A stretch of DNA of 64,000 nt from Patescibacteria group bacterium (lineage in GTDB: Bacteria; Patescibacteriota; Minisyncoccia; Phycocordibacterales; PALSA-1337). Positions 20,155 through 27,954 of the stretch are shown here, in pieces. Numbering within the stretch: position 1 is the first letter of the stretch; the number at the start of each line of letters is the position of its first letter. The stretch lies in NCBI GenBank assembly GCA_040387635.1, contig JAZKDJ010000001.1, positions 115,851-179,850 of the forward strand. Direction: 5' to 3'. The translations under genes were made by a program, and so were the position numbers. A model generated the notes under the pieces. That model searched no databases, was not told where the DNA came from, and saw only the letters and a program-made list of their open reading frames with translations.

Positions 20155-20163
20155 AATATAGCA
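20155..20163 (-). promoter_or_regulatory. extended -10 box (TGCTATATT) for the tRNA-Glu/carboxypeptidase transcript
   Basis: TGnTATATT on minus strand about 45 nt upstream of the tRNA-Glu 5' end. Confidence 0.55.
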
Positions 20164-20186
20164 TATTTTTGCTAAAAGGCAAAAAA

Positions 20187-20195
20187 TGCTAGGAT
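20187..20195 (+). promoter_or_regulatory. extended -10 box (TGCTAGGAT) for tRNA-Ser
   Basis: ends 11 nt before tRNA-Ser; the identical 11-mer ATGCTAGGATA also occurs at 4144-4154. Confidence 0.55.
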
Positions 20196-20206
20196 AGTCG
20201 TACTCT

Positions 20207-20296
20207 GGAGAGATGGCTGAGTGGTTGAAAGCACCGCTCTCGAAAAGCGGCAGGCCTTAACGGGTCTCGAGGGTTCGAATCCCTCTCTCTCCGCCA
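20207..20296 (+). tRNA. tRNA-Ser (anticodon CGA), CCA encoded
   Basis: acceptor GGAGAGA/TCTCTCC, anticodon arm CCGCT-CTCGAAA-AGCGG, long variable arm, T arm GAGGG-TTCGAAT-CCCTC, terminal GCCA. Confidence 0.92.
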
Positions 20297-20382
20297 AACT
20301 AGCAACCTTTTGTATCGATTAATGCACACTTAACAAAGTATCTGATAAAATAAACTAAATTAATCATTAGACAAAAAACAAC

Positions 20383-20763
20383 ATGGCAAAATATGTAGAC
20401 GGGTTTGTATTTGCAGTTCCTGAAGACAAAGTGCAAGAGTATACAAAGATGGCTACCGAAGGCCGTGATACATGGATGAAGCATGGTGCCCTAGAATATT
20501 ACGAATGTAAGGGCAATGATCTTGAACCCAAAGAAATGGGTGGCATGAAGCATCTAACGTTTCCTGAGCTCGCAAAAGCAAACGCTAATGAAACCGTATG
20601 GATTTCTTTTATTGTATTTAAATCAAAAGAACATCGCGATGAGGTCAACAAAAAAGTGATGGCTGAGATGGACGAAAAATATAAGGATGCAAAGGATGTT
20701 TCTATGCCATTTGATATGCAGCGCATGGCGTACGGAGGTTTTAGTGTGGAAGTGGAGGGTTAA
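20383..20763 (+). CDS. DUF1428 (YbaA-like) protein
   Basis: 126-aa ORF; MAKYVDGFVFAVPEDK...MPFDMQRMAYGGF closely parallels E. coli YbaA as I recall it. Confidence 0.85.
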   Translation: MAKYVDGFVFAVPEDKVQEYTKMATEGRDTWMKHGALEYYECKGNDLEPKEMGGMKHLTFPELAKANANETVWISFIVFKSKEHRDEVNKKVMAEMDEKYKDAKDVSMPFDMQRMAYGGFSVEVEG

Positions 20764-20791
20764 CACCTTCAGGTAATTCCCATATATTACG

Positions 20792-20800
20792 TGATATAAT
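20792..20800 (+). promoter_or_regulatory. extended -10 box (TGATATAAT), 8 nt before ATG 20809
   Basis: TGnTATAAT consensus match. Confidence 0.6.
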
Positions 20801-20808
20801 TCGAAATT

Positions 20809-21273
20809 ATGGAATATATAACAAGTTTGTTCGAAGGACGACTCAGAAGAAAACAATGGATTCTGGGTTTCCTTCTTTTAATAGCAGCATCAATCATTAT
20901 TAGCCTTATCGCCTCAATCATCACAAACTTGAGCTCAATGTTGGGTTCTATAGTTAATTTTGCGGCGATGATTGTTCTTCTTATCGCCCACCTTTCAATA
21001 CATGCAAGGCGATATCATGACACTGGCAAATCAGCATGGTTTGTCATTCTCATGCTCATTCCTGTAGTAAACATTATTGCTTTTATCATTCTTTGCTTCG
21101 ACGCAGGAGACGAAGGTGATAACGCATATGGACCGGTACCTAACCCTGATGAATCAGTTGTAGATGCAGTATTCAAGCGACCAGGATCAGCAGCAGCTGG
21201 AGAGACAATCGTGGAACCTATCAAGAATGACACGACCGCTCCTCCAGGAACATTCACCGGACCGCAATCTTAA
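20809..21273 (+). CDS. DUF805 family membrane protein
   Basis: 154-aa ORF; RRYHDTGKSAWF loop between TM helices is the DUF805 hallmark. Confidence 0.8.
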   Translation: MEYITSLFEGRLRRKQWILGFLLLIAASIIISLIASIITNLSSMLGSIVNFAAMIVLLIAHLSIHARRYHDTGKSAWFVILMLIPVVNIIAFIILCFDAGDEGDNAYGPVPNPDESVVDAVFKRPGSAAAGETIVEPIKNDTTAPPGTFTGPQS

Positions 21274-21275
21274 CT

Positions 21276-21578
21276 ATGAGAAACTTCCTTGAGTTCATAC
21301 GCACCCAGGGCGTCGTGGGTCTTGCAGTTGGTTTTATCCTAGGTGGTTCCATTTCAAGATTGGTATCATCTATAGTAAACGACCTCATTAATCCACTCAT
21401 CGGCCTTGGTTTAGGAAAATACGCAGACCTCAAAGACATCTACATTCCGGTCTTCAACGCCAAGATCGGCTTAGGAAGCTTCTTGGCAGCCGCTATTGAT
21501 TTTCTTATCATAGCTGCTGTAGTATACTTTGGTGTAAAGAAGCTCGGGTTAGACAAGATAGATAAGCCAAAAACTTAA
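21276..21578 (+). CDS. mscL: large-conductance mechanosensitive channel
   Basis: 100-aa ORF; FIRTQGVVGLAVGFILGG TM1 motif; short form. Confidence 0.85.
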   Translation: MRNFLEFIRTQGVVGLAVGFILGGSISRLVSSIVNDLINPLIGLGLGKYADLKDIYIPVFNAKIGLGSFLAAAIDFLIIAAVVYFGVKKLGLDKIDKPKT

Positions 21579-21591
21579 GTTGCTATCAAGT

Positions 21592-21621
21592 TTTTTGTGA
21601 GTTTCTTTGATTAGCACGTGG
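21592..21621 (+). repeat. composite motif TTTTTGTG-N9-GATTAGCACGTGG (copy 1)
   Basis: second copy with N8 spacing at 63524-63552; both copies are intergenic. Confidence 0.4.
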
Positions 21622-21655
21622 CTCTAAGTGCGAAAGTACGGAAGAGTTACGTTGC

Positions 21656-21728
21656 GGGCGGTTAGCTCAGTTGGTAGAGCGCAACATTGACGTTGTTGAT
21701 GTCGGGGGTTCGAATCCCTCACCGCTCA
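21656..21728 (+). tRNA. tRNA-Val (anticodon GAC), no encoded CCA
   Basis: acceptor GGGCGGT/ACCGCTC, D arm GCTC-AGTTGGTA-GAGC, anticodon arm CAACA-TTGACGT-TGTTG, T arm GGGGG-TTCGAAT-CCCTC. Confidence 0.92.
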
Positions 21729-21744
21729 CAGTTACAATCAAAAG

Positions 21745-21781
21745 GAAAAAAGCGCCACTGTACCGATCAGTGGCGCTTTTA
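21745..21781. terminator. bidirectional terminator (tRNA-Val / gmk-like)
   Basis: AGCGCCACTG-taccgat-CAGTGGCGCT with A-run and T-run flanks. Confidence 0.85.
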
Positions 21782-21805
21782 CGTAAATCCTACAAATGAA
21801 GAGCG

Positions 21806-22489
21806 TCAATCTTGCGGGGACGGACATGTCCGGAGGTAGCTGTCGACAATCGACAGCAAACTCGAGACGCCGGCCTCGATGGTCCCTGTGTTCAACACGA
21901 CGTCGGTGCAATACCTACCGAAGATCTCCTTCTCCTGCTGAGCTTCCGCAAGCCGTGCCTTGATATCGTCCTCCGAATCACCGCGCGCCTTGAGTCTCTC
22001 CTCAAGAACGTAGAACGGCGCATCAATGAAAATGGCAGGCGTGCCAGGCATCAAATTGTTGACCTGCTCAATGCCTCCCACTGTTATGTTGAGGACCGGG
22101 ACTTTCCCAAGTGCCCAAACGTTACGCAGGGCCGCAACAGAGACGCCGTAATAGTTTTTGTTTCCGACCGCTCCAAAGAGATCGTACTCGATGAAATCGC
22201 CACCGACAATTCCCTTCTCGAAATTGGGGCGACCGAGAAAGTGGTAGTCAATTGATTCAACCTCACCACTCCGAGGGGGGCGCGTCGTTGTCGTTACTAC
22301 TCGACAGAGACGGTCAGGCCTCTTCGTAAGGAGTGCCTTGATGAGCTCGGTCTTGCCGGCTCCCGAGCAACCGAATATCTTCAACGCTTTCGCCCTTTTG
22401 AGCTCGGCAATGACATCGGGTTGCAACTTAACGCGCAAAGGATGAGTACCCTTGAGCTCCACGGACAGTGCAGGTGCGATTGCAGTCAT
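21806..22489 (-). CDS. guanylate kinase-like P-loop kinase (G+C-rich)
   Basis: P-loop GCSGAGKT plus TTTRPPRSGEVESIDYHF guanylate-kinase motif; the 22546 start in the track is TTG, first ATG is 22489. Confidence 0.75.
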   Translation of the reverse strand: MTAIAPALSVELKGTHPLRVKLQPDVIAELKRAKALKIFGCSGAGKTELIKALLTKRPDRLCRVVTTTTRPPRSGEVESIDYHFLGRPNFEKGIVGGDFIEYDLFGAVGNKNYYGVSVAALRNVWALGKVPVLNITVGGIEQVNNLMPGTPAIFIDAPFYVLEERLKARGDSEDDIKARLAEAQQEKEIFGRYCTDVVLNTGTIEAGVSSLLSIVDSYLRTCPSPQD

Positions 22490-22574
22490 AGGTATGCAGT
22501 TGTAATGGTCTGGCCAAACAGTACCAGAACATTTGATATGTTTCAAGGTAAAACCTTTTCAATTACGTCTTTTC

Positions 22575-22583
22575 TGGTATAGT
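22575..22583 (+). promoter_or_regulatory. extended -10 box (TGGTATAGT), 6 nt before tsaD ATG
   Basis: TGnTATAGT match; supports the start at 22590. Confidence 0.6.
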
Positions 22584-22589
22584 TTTGCC

Positions 22590-23753
22590 ATGATCATCCT
22601 CGGCATCGAAACCAGCTGCGACGAGACGGCGTTGTGTCTTCTTGAAGTAAACGACAAGGAAGAATACAAAGTCCTCGGCAACATCGTCCTGTCTCAAATA
22701 AAAATCCATGAACAGTATGGTGGTGTTTTCCCTATGGTTGCCAAACGAGAGCATGCCAAGCATCTAGTTCCTCTTTTGGAGCAGCTTATGAAGGAGTCCG
22801 ACATTCCAACAACAGATGTAAGCAATCCCAACGCCTCCGAAGTAGTCACGGGGCTCCTGCAGGAATTCGAATCTGACCTCCTTGGAAACCTTCTCTCATC
22901 ATCTTTGGTTTCAAAACAACCCATCATCGATCGTATAGCTGTAACACATGGTCCTGGATTGGAACCGACTCTATGGGTGGGTGTTAACTTCGCAAAGGCT
23001 CTGCACATGACATGGAACGTACCTGTAGTAACCGTCAATCATATGGAAGGTCACATTCTCTCTCCTCTTGTTGAGCCTCGAACAGATCAGAGTATCCATG
23101 AGTTCAAAAAGCTTCCCCAAATTCCCCTTCCAGCGTTAAGTCTTCTCATAAGCGGAGGACATACTGAACTTGTATCAATAGAAGCTGTAGGTTCATATTC
23201 AATCATAGGTTCTACTAGAGATGATGCTGTAGGAGAGGCTTTCGACAAGGTTGCCCGCATGCTAGGTCTTCCATATCCAGGCGGTCCACAAGTAAGTATG
23301 CTCGCTATGAAAGCACGCAAAGAAAATCTTCCTAATGTGATCGACCTTCCCCGCCCTATGATTGCTTCAAAAGATTTTGATTTCTCATTCTCAGGATTAA
23401 AGACTTCTGTGCTCTATGCACTTAAGGAATTACCATCACCACTTCCCGAAGCTTCGATGGCAGCTCTTTGCCGTGAATTTGAAGACGCAGTTACAGATGT
23501 TCTCGTTTCCAAAACAAAAAAAGCCCTCGACAAGCACGTGCCGAAGTCGCTCATTATAGGTGGCGGCGTTATTGCCAATATGCACATTCGCCAATCGTTT
23601 GAGAAGCTTGCGAAAGAGTTTGGTATTCCCCTTTTGCTTCCACACAATCATCTCACGGGAGACAATGCACTCATGATTGCTTTGGCGGGATATTACAGCA
23701 AAGTTGCTACGAATATCTCCGACATCAAAGCAACGGGTAACCTGTCGCTATAA
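22590..23753 (+). CDS. tsaD: tRNA N6-adenosine threonylcarbamoyltransferase
   Basis: MIILGIETSCDETA N-terminus, HMEGH metal site, GGVIAN; start moved from TTG 22533 to ATG 22590. Confidence 0.92.
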   Translation: MIILGIETSCDETALCLLEVNDKEEYKVLGNIVLSQIKIHEQYGGVFPMVAKREHAKHLVPLLEQLMKESDIPTTDVSNPNASEVVTGLLQEFESDLLGNLLSSSLVSKQPIIDRIAVTHGPGLEPTLWVGVNFAKALHMTWNVPVVTVNHMEGHILSPLVEPRTDQSIHEFKKLPQIPLPALSLLISGGHTELVSIEAVGSYSIIGSTRDDAVGEAFDKVARMLGLPYPGGPQVSMLAMKARKENLPNVIDLPRPMIASKDFDFSFSGLKTSVLYALKELPSPLPEASMAALCREFEDAVTDVLVSKTKKALDKHVPKSLIIGGGVIANMHIRQSFEKLAKEFGIPLLLPHNHLTGDNALMIALAGYYSKVATNISDIKATGNLSL

Positions 23754-23763
23754 AATTACAAAA

Positions 23764-23792
23764 AGAAAAACCGCCGTAAGGCGGTTTTTCTT
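23764..23792. terminator. bidirectional terminator (tsaD / secreted protein)
   Basis: CCGCC-gtaa-GGCGG stem with A-run and T-run flanks. Confidence 0.8.
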
Positions 23793-23818
23793 GGATTAGG
23801 ATTCCCTACGAATGCCGC

Positions 23819-24643
23819 TTATCGGCAAATCGGAGCGAAGATTCCGTTCCAGAGATTTTTAAAGAAGTTTGCAACCTTTGTTCCTGCACCAGCTCCGGCA
23901 GCTGCGCCAAGATCATTTGATGCCTTTGGAGCAGAAGTTGATCCTGTAGTAGTTGAACCGTTGTTAAGTGCGAAGACACTTGGAGTCTTTACTCCAGCAA
24001 CTGCTGGCTTAATGAATCCTGTTGATGCACCAAGGATGAGACCATTGATACCAACCGGTGCGTTTGGAGCGACCTTAATTTCGTTTCCAAAGACTACCTG
24101 AGTGCCATCAAGGGCAATTGGTCGGAAGTAATATGTCTGTCCAGGAGCGATAGTAACTGTGAATGCATGTCCAGTTGTACCATTATCAATTGAAGTTCCT
24201 GACTGGTATCCGTAGTTAACTGATCCAGCTGCAGGAGCTGCAACTGCTGTTGTTCCGAAAACAAGTCGTGATGGAGCGCTCTCTGATGTTGAGAACTGTA
24301 CTCGAAGCTTGTTAACGCCAGCTGAGTCAATCATGATGTTTGAAATCACAATCTGCTGATTTGTACCTGAGTTGTTTCCTGAGTTTCTTCGGCCTCCTGA
24401 TCGTCGGCTTGAAGAATCCTCAATACGTGGAGGGTTTGAAGCATCTCCGTCGTCATCTCCGTTTCCAGAGTGTGTAGGTGATTTTGAGTCATCAGATCCA
24501 TTAGACGTCGTCTGTGAAGATCGTGAAGGCTCATCGTCGCCACCATTCTGCGCCTTTGAAACTACCGGAGCGATAATAAACGCTGCAATAGCTGCAAATG
24601 CGATTCCTGCTATAATTTTGTTGATTGTATTCATATTTTTCAT
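23819..24643 (-). CDS. secreted low-complexity protein with FN3-like domain
   Basis: 274-aa ORF; signal/anchor IIAGIAFAAIAAFIIAPVVSKA; Asp/Gly/Ser-rich spacer; FN3-like block (LRVQFSTSE...GQTYYFRPIA). Confidence 0.6.
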   Translation of the reverse strand: MKNMNTINKIIAGIAFAAIAAFIIAPVVSKAQNGGDDEPSRSSQTTSNGSDDSKSPTHSGNGDDDGDASNPPRIEDSSSRRSGGRRNSGNNSGTNQQIVISNIMIDSAGVNKLRVQFSTSESAPSRLVFGTTAVAAPAAGSVNYGYQSGTSIDNGTTGHAFTVTIAPGQTYYFRPIALDGTQVVFGNEIKVAPNAPVGINGLILGASTGFIKPAVAGVKTPSVFALNNGSTTTGSTSAPKASNDLGAAAGAGAGTKVANFFKNLWNGIFAPICR

Positions 24644-24716
24644 CGCTAACTTCTTAAGTAGCTTGGAAAGACACTATCATATACTTGATATGTTGTCAAC
24701 TAAGTGTCATTAGGGT

Positions 24717-24767
24717 AAAAGAAAACTCCGGACCCCCACTGCAAGGTGCAGAAAGGGTGCGGAGTTC
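24717..24767 (-). terminator. G+C-rich compound hairpin terminator of the 372-aa gene
   Basis: minus strand AACTCCG..CTGCA-cct-TGCAG..CGGAGTT followed by TTTCTTTT. Confidence 0.7.
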
Positions 24768-24801
24768 TTTGGTTGTCCCGAGGTTGGCCGGAACAATGAA
24801 G

Positions 24802-25920
24802 TTAAGGTGCGGGTACGAGCCTGAAAAACTTGTTGGTATCAGCGGCAGGTATATTGGTCCAGCCACCGACATCAAACACAGTGTTTCCGAGAAGCGTCCA
24901 TGGGGACGTCACAGTGGGAGCAGCCACCTGAATCTGCGCGCGGAGGCCTTTTTGCCCACCGCGAACTGTCAGTTTGATGTTCCCTCCCATTTTTTCGATG
25001 GCGAGCGACGGCATTGAGGATGACGTAGATGAAACTGAAGACGTCACCGTGTTCGGCCTGCGAATGAGCGAGGCCTTAACCCAATGATTCGAGGCTGGGC
25101 TCGAATTCGTGAACATGCTGCGTGATGCCGCAAGCTCCGCTTCCGAAGACACGTCGCGATATGATGTCGCCCCAAAGTCTAGGAAGTGAGTAGTCGGAAC
25201 CGCTGTTGGCATTTCGCCGGCGGTGTAGATGCTATCATCCCCCACTTCAACCCAGACGTTTTGCGCCCGATCGAAAAAGGATTTATAGACCCCATCTGCG
25301 CCGATGTGTGCACCAACGAAATTCCGGTTATAGGATCGTAGCTGTCCCAATGAGTTCGTTACCACCGCGTAGCGGCCGGTAGGAATACTCGTAGTAGAGC
25401 TAGAGCTTTCGATCAGCAGATCGTAATCAACCGGCGAGCCTGAGCCCACCGAATGAAAACCTAGCCGATGTCCGTATTCACTACCACGGAAATCGCCTGA
25501 TCCCGATGTTGGGGTTCCCATGTAGCTATAGAATGGCGTAGTGATGTAATGCCACCACTGCAACCCATGATATTGGGTGTCCACCCAAGCTGCCGGATCC
25601 GTTGTCGGATCCGTCGGGACATCGTCCCCAGCAAGGCCTGCCATGACATTTGTCCTGACGGCTAGCGTTGAGGGCGATGTAGTCGCCGCGATGCTTTTGA
25701 TGCGCACACCCAGAACGACGTTGCTCATGTAAATCACCGGCGGCGTAACCACCTTGGCGTCGGCCTTTGCGCGTGACTTCCAGACGTCATATTTGACCGT
25801 CTGCGACGTAAAGGAGAGATCATCTCCCTCACCCATTTTGACTTGGGCCGAAGCGGCCAAGGTCAAGGTTAAGCAGCAAAAGATTGCCGCAACAGCTGTA
25901 ATGCATTGTTTCAGTTTCAT
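24802..25920 (-). CDS. secreted hypothetical protein (G+C-rich, probably acquired)
   Basis: start set at ATG 25920 (signal peptide MKLKQCITAVAAIFCCLTLTLAASAQV) with GGAGG 7 nt upstream; sampled lines 53-57% G+C. Confidence 0.65.
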   Translation of the reverse strand: MKLKQCITAVAAIFCCLTLTLAASAQVKMGEGDDLSFTSQTVKYDVWKSRAKADAKVVTPPVIYMSNVVLGVRIKSIAATTSPSTLAVRTNVMAGLAGDDVPTDPTTDPAAWVDTQYHGLQWWHYITTPFYSYMGTPTSGSGDFRGSEYGHRLGFHSVGSGSPVDYDLLIESSSSTTSIPTGRYAVVTNSLGQLRSYNRNFVGAHIGADGVYKSFFDRAQNVWVEVGDDSIYTAGEMPTAVPTTHFLDFGATSYRDVSSEAELAASRSMFTNSSPASNHWVKASLIRRPNTVTSSVSSTSSSMPSLAIEKMGGNIKLTVRGGQKGLRAQIQVAAPTVTSPWTLLGNTVFDVGGWTNIPAADTNKFFRLVPAP

Positions 25921-25927
25921 TTCAATT

Positions 25928-25932
25928 CCTCC
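25928..25932 (-). promoter_or_regulatory. Shine-Dalgarno GGAGG for the 372-aa secreted protein
   Basis: perfect GGAGG 7 nt upstream of ATG 25920; unusual for this window. Confidence 0.7.
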
Positions 25933-26029
25933 GTGTCGGTCGTTGTCTGGTAAGCCGGTTTTTATCCAGCTAAATGACTTAGGTTCAGGCCGCAAGTATG
26001 CGGAATCACCCAAAAATCGTCTGCTTCGC

Positions 26030-26038
26030 ATTATATCA
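26030..26038 (-). promoter_or_regulatory. extended -10 box (TGATATAAT) about 100 nt upstream of ATG 25920
   Basis: consensus match in the AT-rich spacer shared with prsW. Confidence 0.45.
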
Positions 26039-26139
26039 CTTATAGATATAATGTCAATATATGCTTGAAATTGACTCAGGAGTGTGTTTATTCGATGACA
26101 TTCTAGCTACTTATCCAGAGCCTCCAAAATAGGTTCAAA

Positions 26140-26148
26140 TGCTATAAT
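26140..26148 (+). promoter_or_regulatory. extended -10 box (TGCTATAAT), 6 nt before ATG 26155
   Basis: perfect TGnTATAAT. Confidence 0.65.
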
Positions 26149-26154
26149 ACCCGC

Positions 26155-26862
26155 ATGGATTTGACACATATTCTCTATGCCATTTTCTCCGGAATCATCC
26201 CTGCCCTACTCTGGCTTTGGTTCTGGCTTCGAGAAGACAACCTGCATCCTGAACCACGATCTGTGGTCATGAAAGCTTTCATAGGAGGAATGGTTGCAAT
26301 AATTTTCGTCATTCCTCTCCAGTTTATGGCAACTGAATATATCAGCGACCAACGAAGTCTCTATATAGTATGGGCTTTTATTGAGGAAATCATTAAACTT
26401 CTGGCCGCATACGTCTTCGCTCTTCGGACCCGTTTTCTTGATGAACCAATCGATGACCTCATTTACCTTATTACTACTGCCCTTGGTTTTGCGGCAATCG
26501 AAAACACATTTTATATCTTTGGCATCCTCTCCCGAGGAGACTACATTGGCTCAATTGTTACAGGCAACTTGAGATTCATTGGAGCGACATTGGTGCACGT
26601 AGTGGCATCAGCAATCATAGGATATGCAGCAGCAAGAACCTTCTACTATCACAGATTAGTTCGAACTATTGCTATCACAGCTGGAATTTTCATCGCAGGC
26701 GGATTGCATGCTCTCTTCAACTTGAATATAATGAATGCTAATACCGCAGGAAAGCTGAAAGTATTCGGAGTGGTCTGGATATGCACAATTATAATCATGC
26801 TTCTTTTTGAAAGGATTAAGAAACTCTCGTACAAAAAGGAGTCGGTCCAAAAAACGACATAA
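26155..26862 (+). CDS. PrsW-family intramembrane protease
   Basis: 235-aa polytopic ORF; FIEEIIKLL (EExxK) and HALFN motifs. Confidence 0.8.
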   Translation: MDLTHILYAIFSGIIPALLWLWFWLREDNLHPEPRSVVMKAFIGGMVAIIFVIPLQFMATEYISDQRSLYIVWAFIEEIIKLLAAYVFALRTRFLDEPIDDLIYLITTALGFAAIENTFYIFGILSRGDYIGSIVTGNLRFIGATLVHVVASAIIGYAAARTFYYHRLVRTIAITAGIFIAGGLHALFNLNIMNANTAGKLKVFGVVWICTIIIMLLFERIKKLSYKKESVQKTT

Positions 26863-26871
26863 CAAATAACA

Positions 26872-27345
26872 ATGGCAAAAGAAAAAAGATCATTTTTTGA
26901 GAAACTTACAGGAAGCGTCAAAGTTGACCCTCACCTTTCAAGATCCCAGCACACTCCGGGTTCGATTTACGAATACCAACCTGAAGAACAGATCAGCCAG
27001 GAAATAGTGAATGAGGATGCTGAGCTTACTGTTGATGTTTTCCAAACGGCCGACTCCATCATCATCAAAACTATGGCAGCAGGTGTTAATCCGGATGATC
27101 TCGAGATAGACATCACACGAGACATGGTTACCATTCGAGGTACAAGACAGGAAGACAAGCAGGATGAACATGCCGACCATTTTATCCAAGAGCTCTATTG
27201 GGGATCATTCTCACGAAGCATCACTCTCCCAGAAGAAATCGAGGTTGAAGAAGCTAGAGCGGAAGAAAAGCACGGCCTCCTCACCATCACTCTCCCAAAA
27301 ATCGACAAGCACAAGAAGACCAAGCTCAAGATCAGAAGCAACTAA
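26872..27345 (+). CDS. Hsp20/alpha-crystallin small heat-shock protein
   Basis: 157-aa ORF; alpha-crystallin domain (LTVDVFQT..., FSRSITLPEEI, HGLLTITLPK). Confidence 0.9.
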   Translation: MAKEKRSFFEKLTGSVKVDPHLSRSQHTPGSIYEYQPEEQISQEIVNEDAELTVDVFQTADSIIIKTMAAGVNPDDLEIDITRDMVTIRGTRQEDKQDEHADHFIQELYWGSFSRSITLPEEIEVEEARAEEKHGLLTITLPKIDKHKKTKLKIRSN

Positions 27346-27362
27346 GCAAAATACTGACACAA

Positions 27363-27400
27363 GAAAACGCCGCTCCTCTACAGAGCGGCGTTTACGTTTC
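27363..27400. terminator. bidirectional terminator (hsp20 / 127-aa gene)
   Basis: CGCCGCTC-ctctaca-GAGCGGCG with flanking A/T runs. Confidence 0.8.
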
Positions 27401-27423
27401 AAATTAGTTGTTGGCTACCAAGG

Positions 27424-27807
27424 TTACTTGATGCCTGCTGGAAGGTGCCGACCAAAATGCTCTTTGATCGCAGCCTTGAACTGATCCTGATGCCCACCAA
27501 TTTTGACGAGCGCCTCAAAAGGTCCTCGAAACTGAGCACCCGCCAAGCAGATGCAAACAAGCTGTGCATTCACCTCACGGAAGCTCTTAGCGATGGTTGC
27601 CGTATCTTCAGGAGTACCGACTAATCCCATAACCATAAGCTGCGGCGTTTCTTCCTTCACACAATCGCGAATGGCCAACGGACTAGTGTGAGCAAAATAG
27701 TGTCTTCCTTTCATAAGACCCATCTCCTCCAGAAGACCCACGATATGCTCGAGGGCCGAAACTGACGAAGCGATTGCAAAAATATTTGGCTGCATAGAGA
27801 GCTCCAT
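27424..27807 (-). CDS. hypothetical protein (G+C-rich island)
   Basis: 127-aa ORF with alternating beta/alpha pattern loosely like a receiver/flavodoxin fold; no family recognised. Confidence 0.45.
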   Translation of the reverse strand: MELSMQPNIFAIASSVSALEHIVGLLEEMGLMKGRHYFAHTSPLAIRDCVKEETPQLMVMGLVGTPEDTATIAKSFREVNAQLVCICLAGAQFRGPFEALVKIGGHQDQFKAAIKEHFGRHLPAGIK

Positions 27808-27822
27808 GTTCGATAATCGAAC
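27808..27822. promoter_or_regulatory. perfect palindrome GTTCGA-TAA-TCGAAC abutting ATG 27807
   Basis: 6+6 bp inverted repeat between a TAAAAT box and the start codon of the 127-aa gene. Confidence 0.4.
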
Positions 27823-27954
27823 AAATTTTATCTAAAAAAAGATTACCATCTCAGGATTCGAAGCGCAATATTCAGTAAATAGATATCCCCCTTAGTTACC
27901 TTGCGTACCAACAATCTCCATGGTAAAAATCAGGAAGACCCTCTTTGAAGCCTT

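Noticed and set aside
21609-21634. TTAGCACGTGGCTCTAAGTGCGAA looked like a CIRCE heat-shock operator
   Set aside because: The half-sites and the spacing (about 6 instead of 9 nt) do not fit TTAGCACTC-N9-GAGTGCTAA, and the site precedes a tRNA, not a chaperone gene. I kept it only as part of the repeated composite motif.
27411-27425. Possible att-type direct repeat of the tRNA-Phe 3' end at the far edge of the G+C-rich island
   Set aside because: Only CCAAGG (6 nt) matches the tRNA 3' end (TGCCAAGGACC). That is too short to distinguish from chance and no integrase is present.
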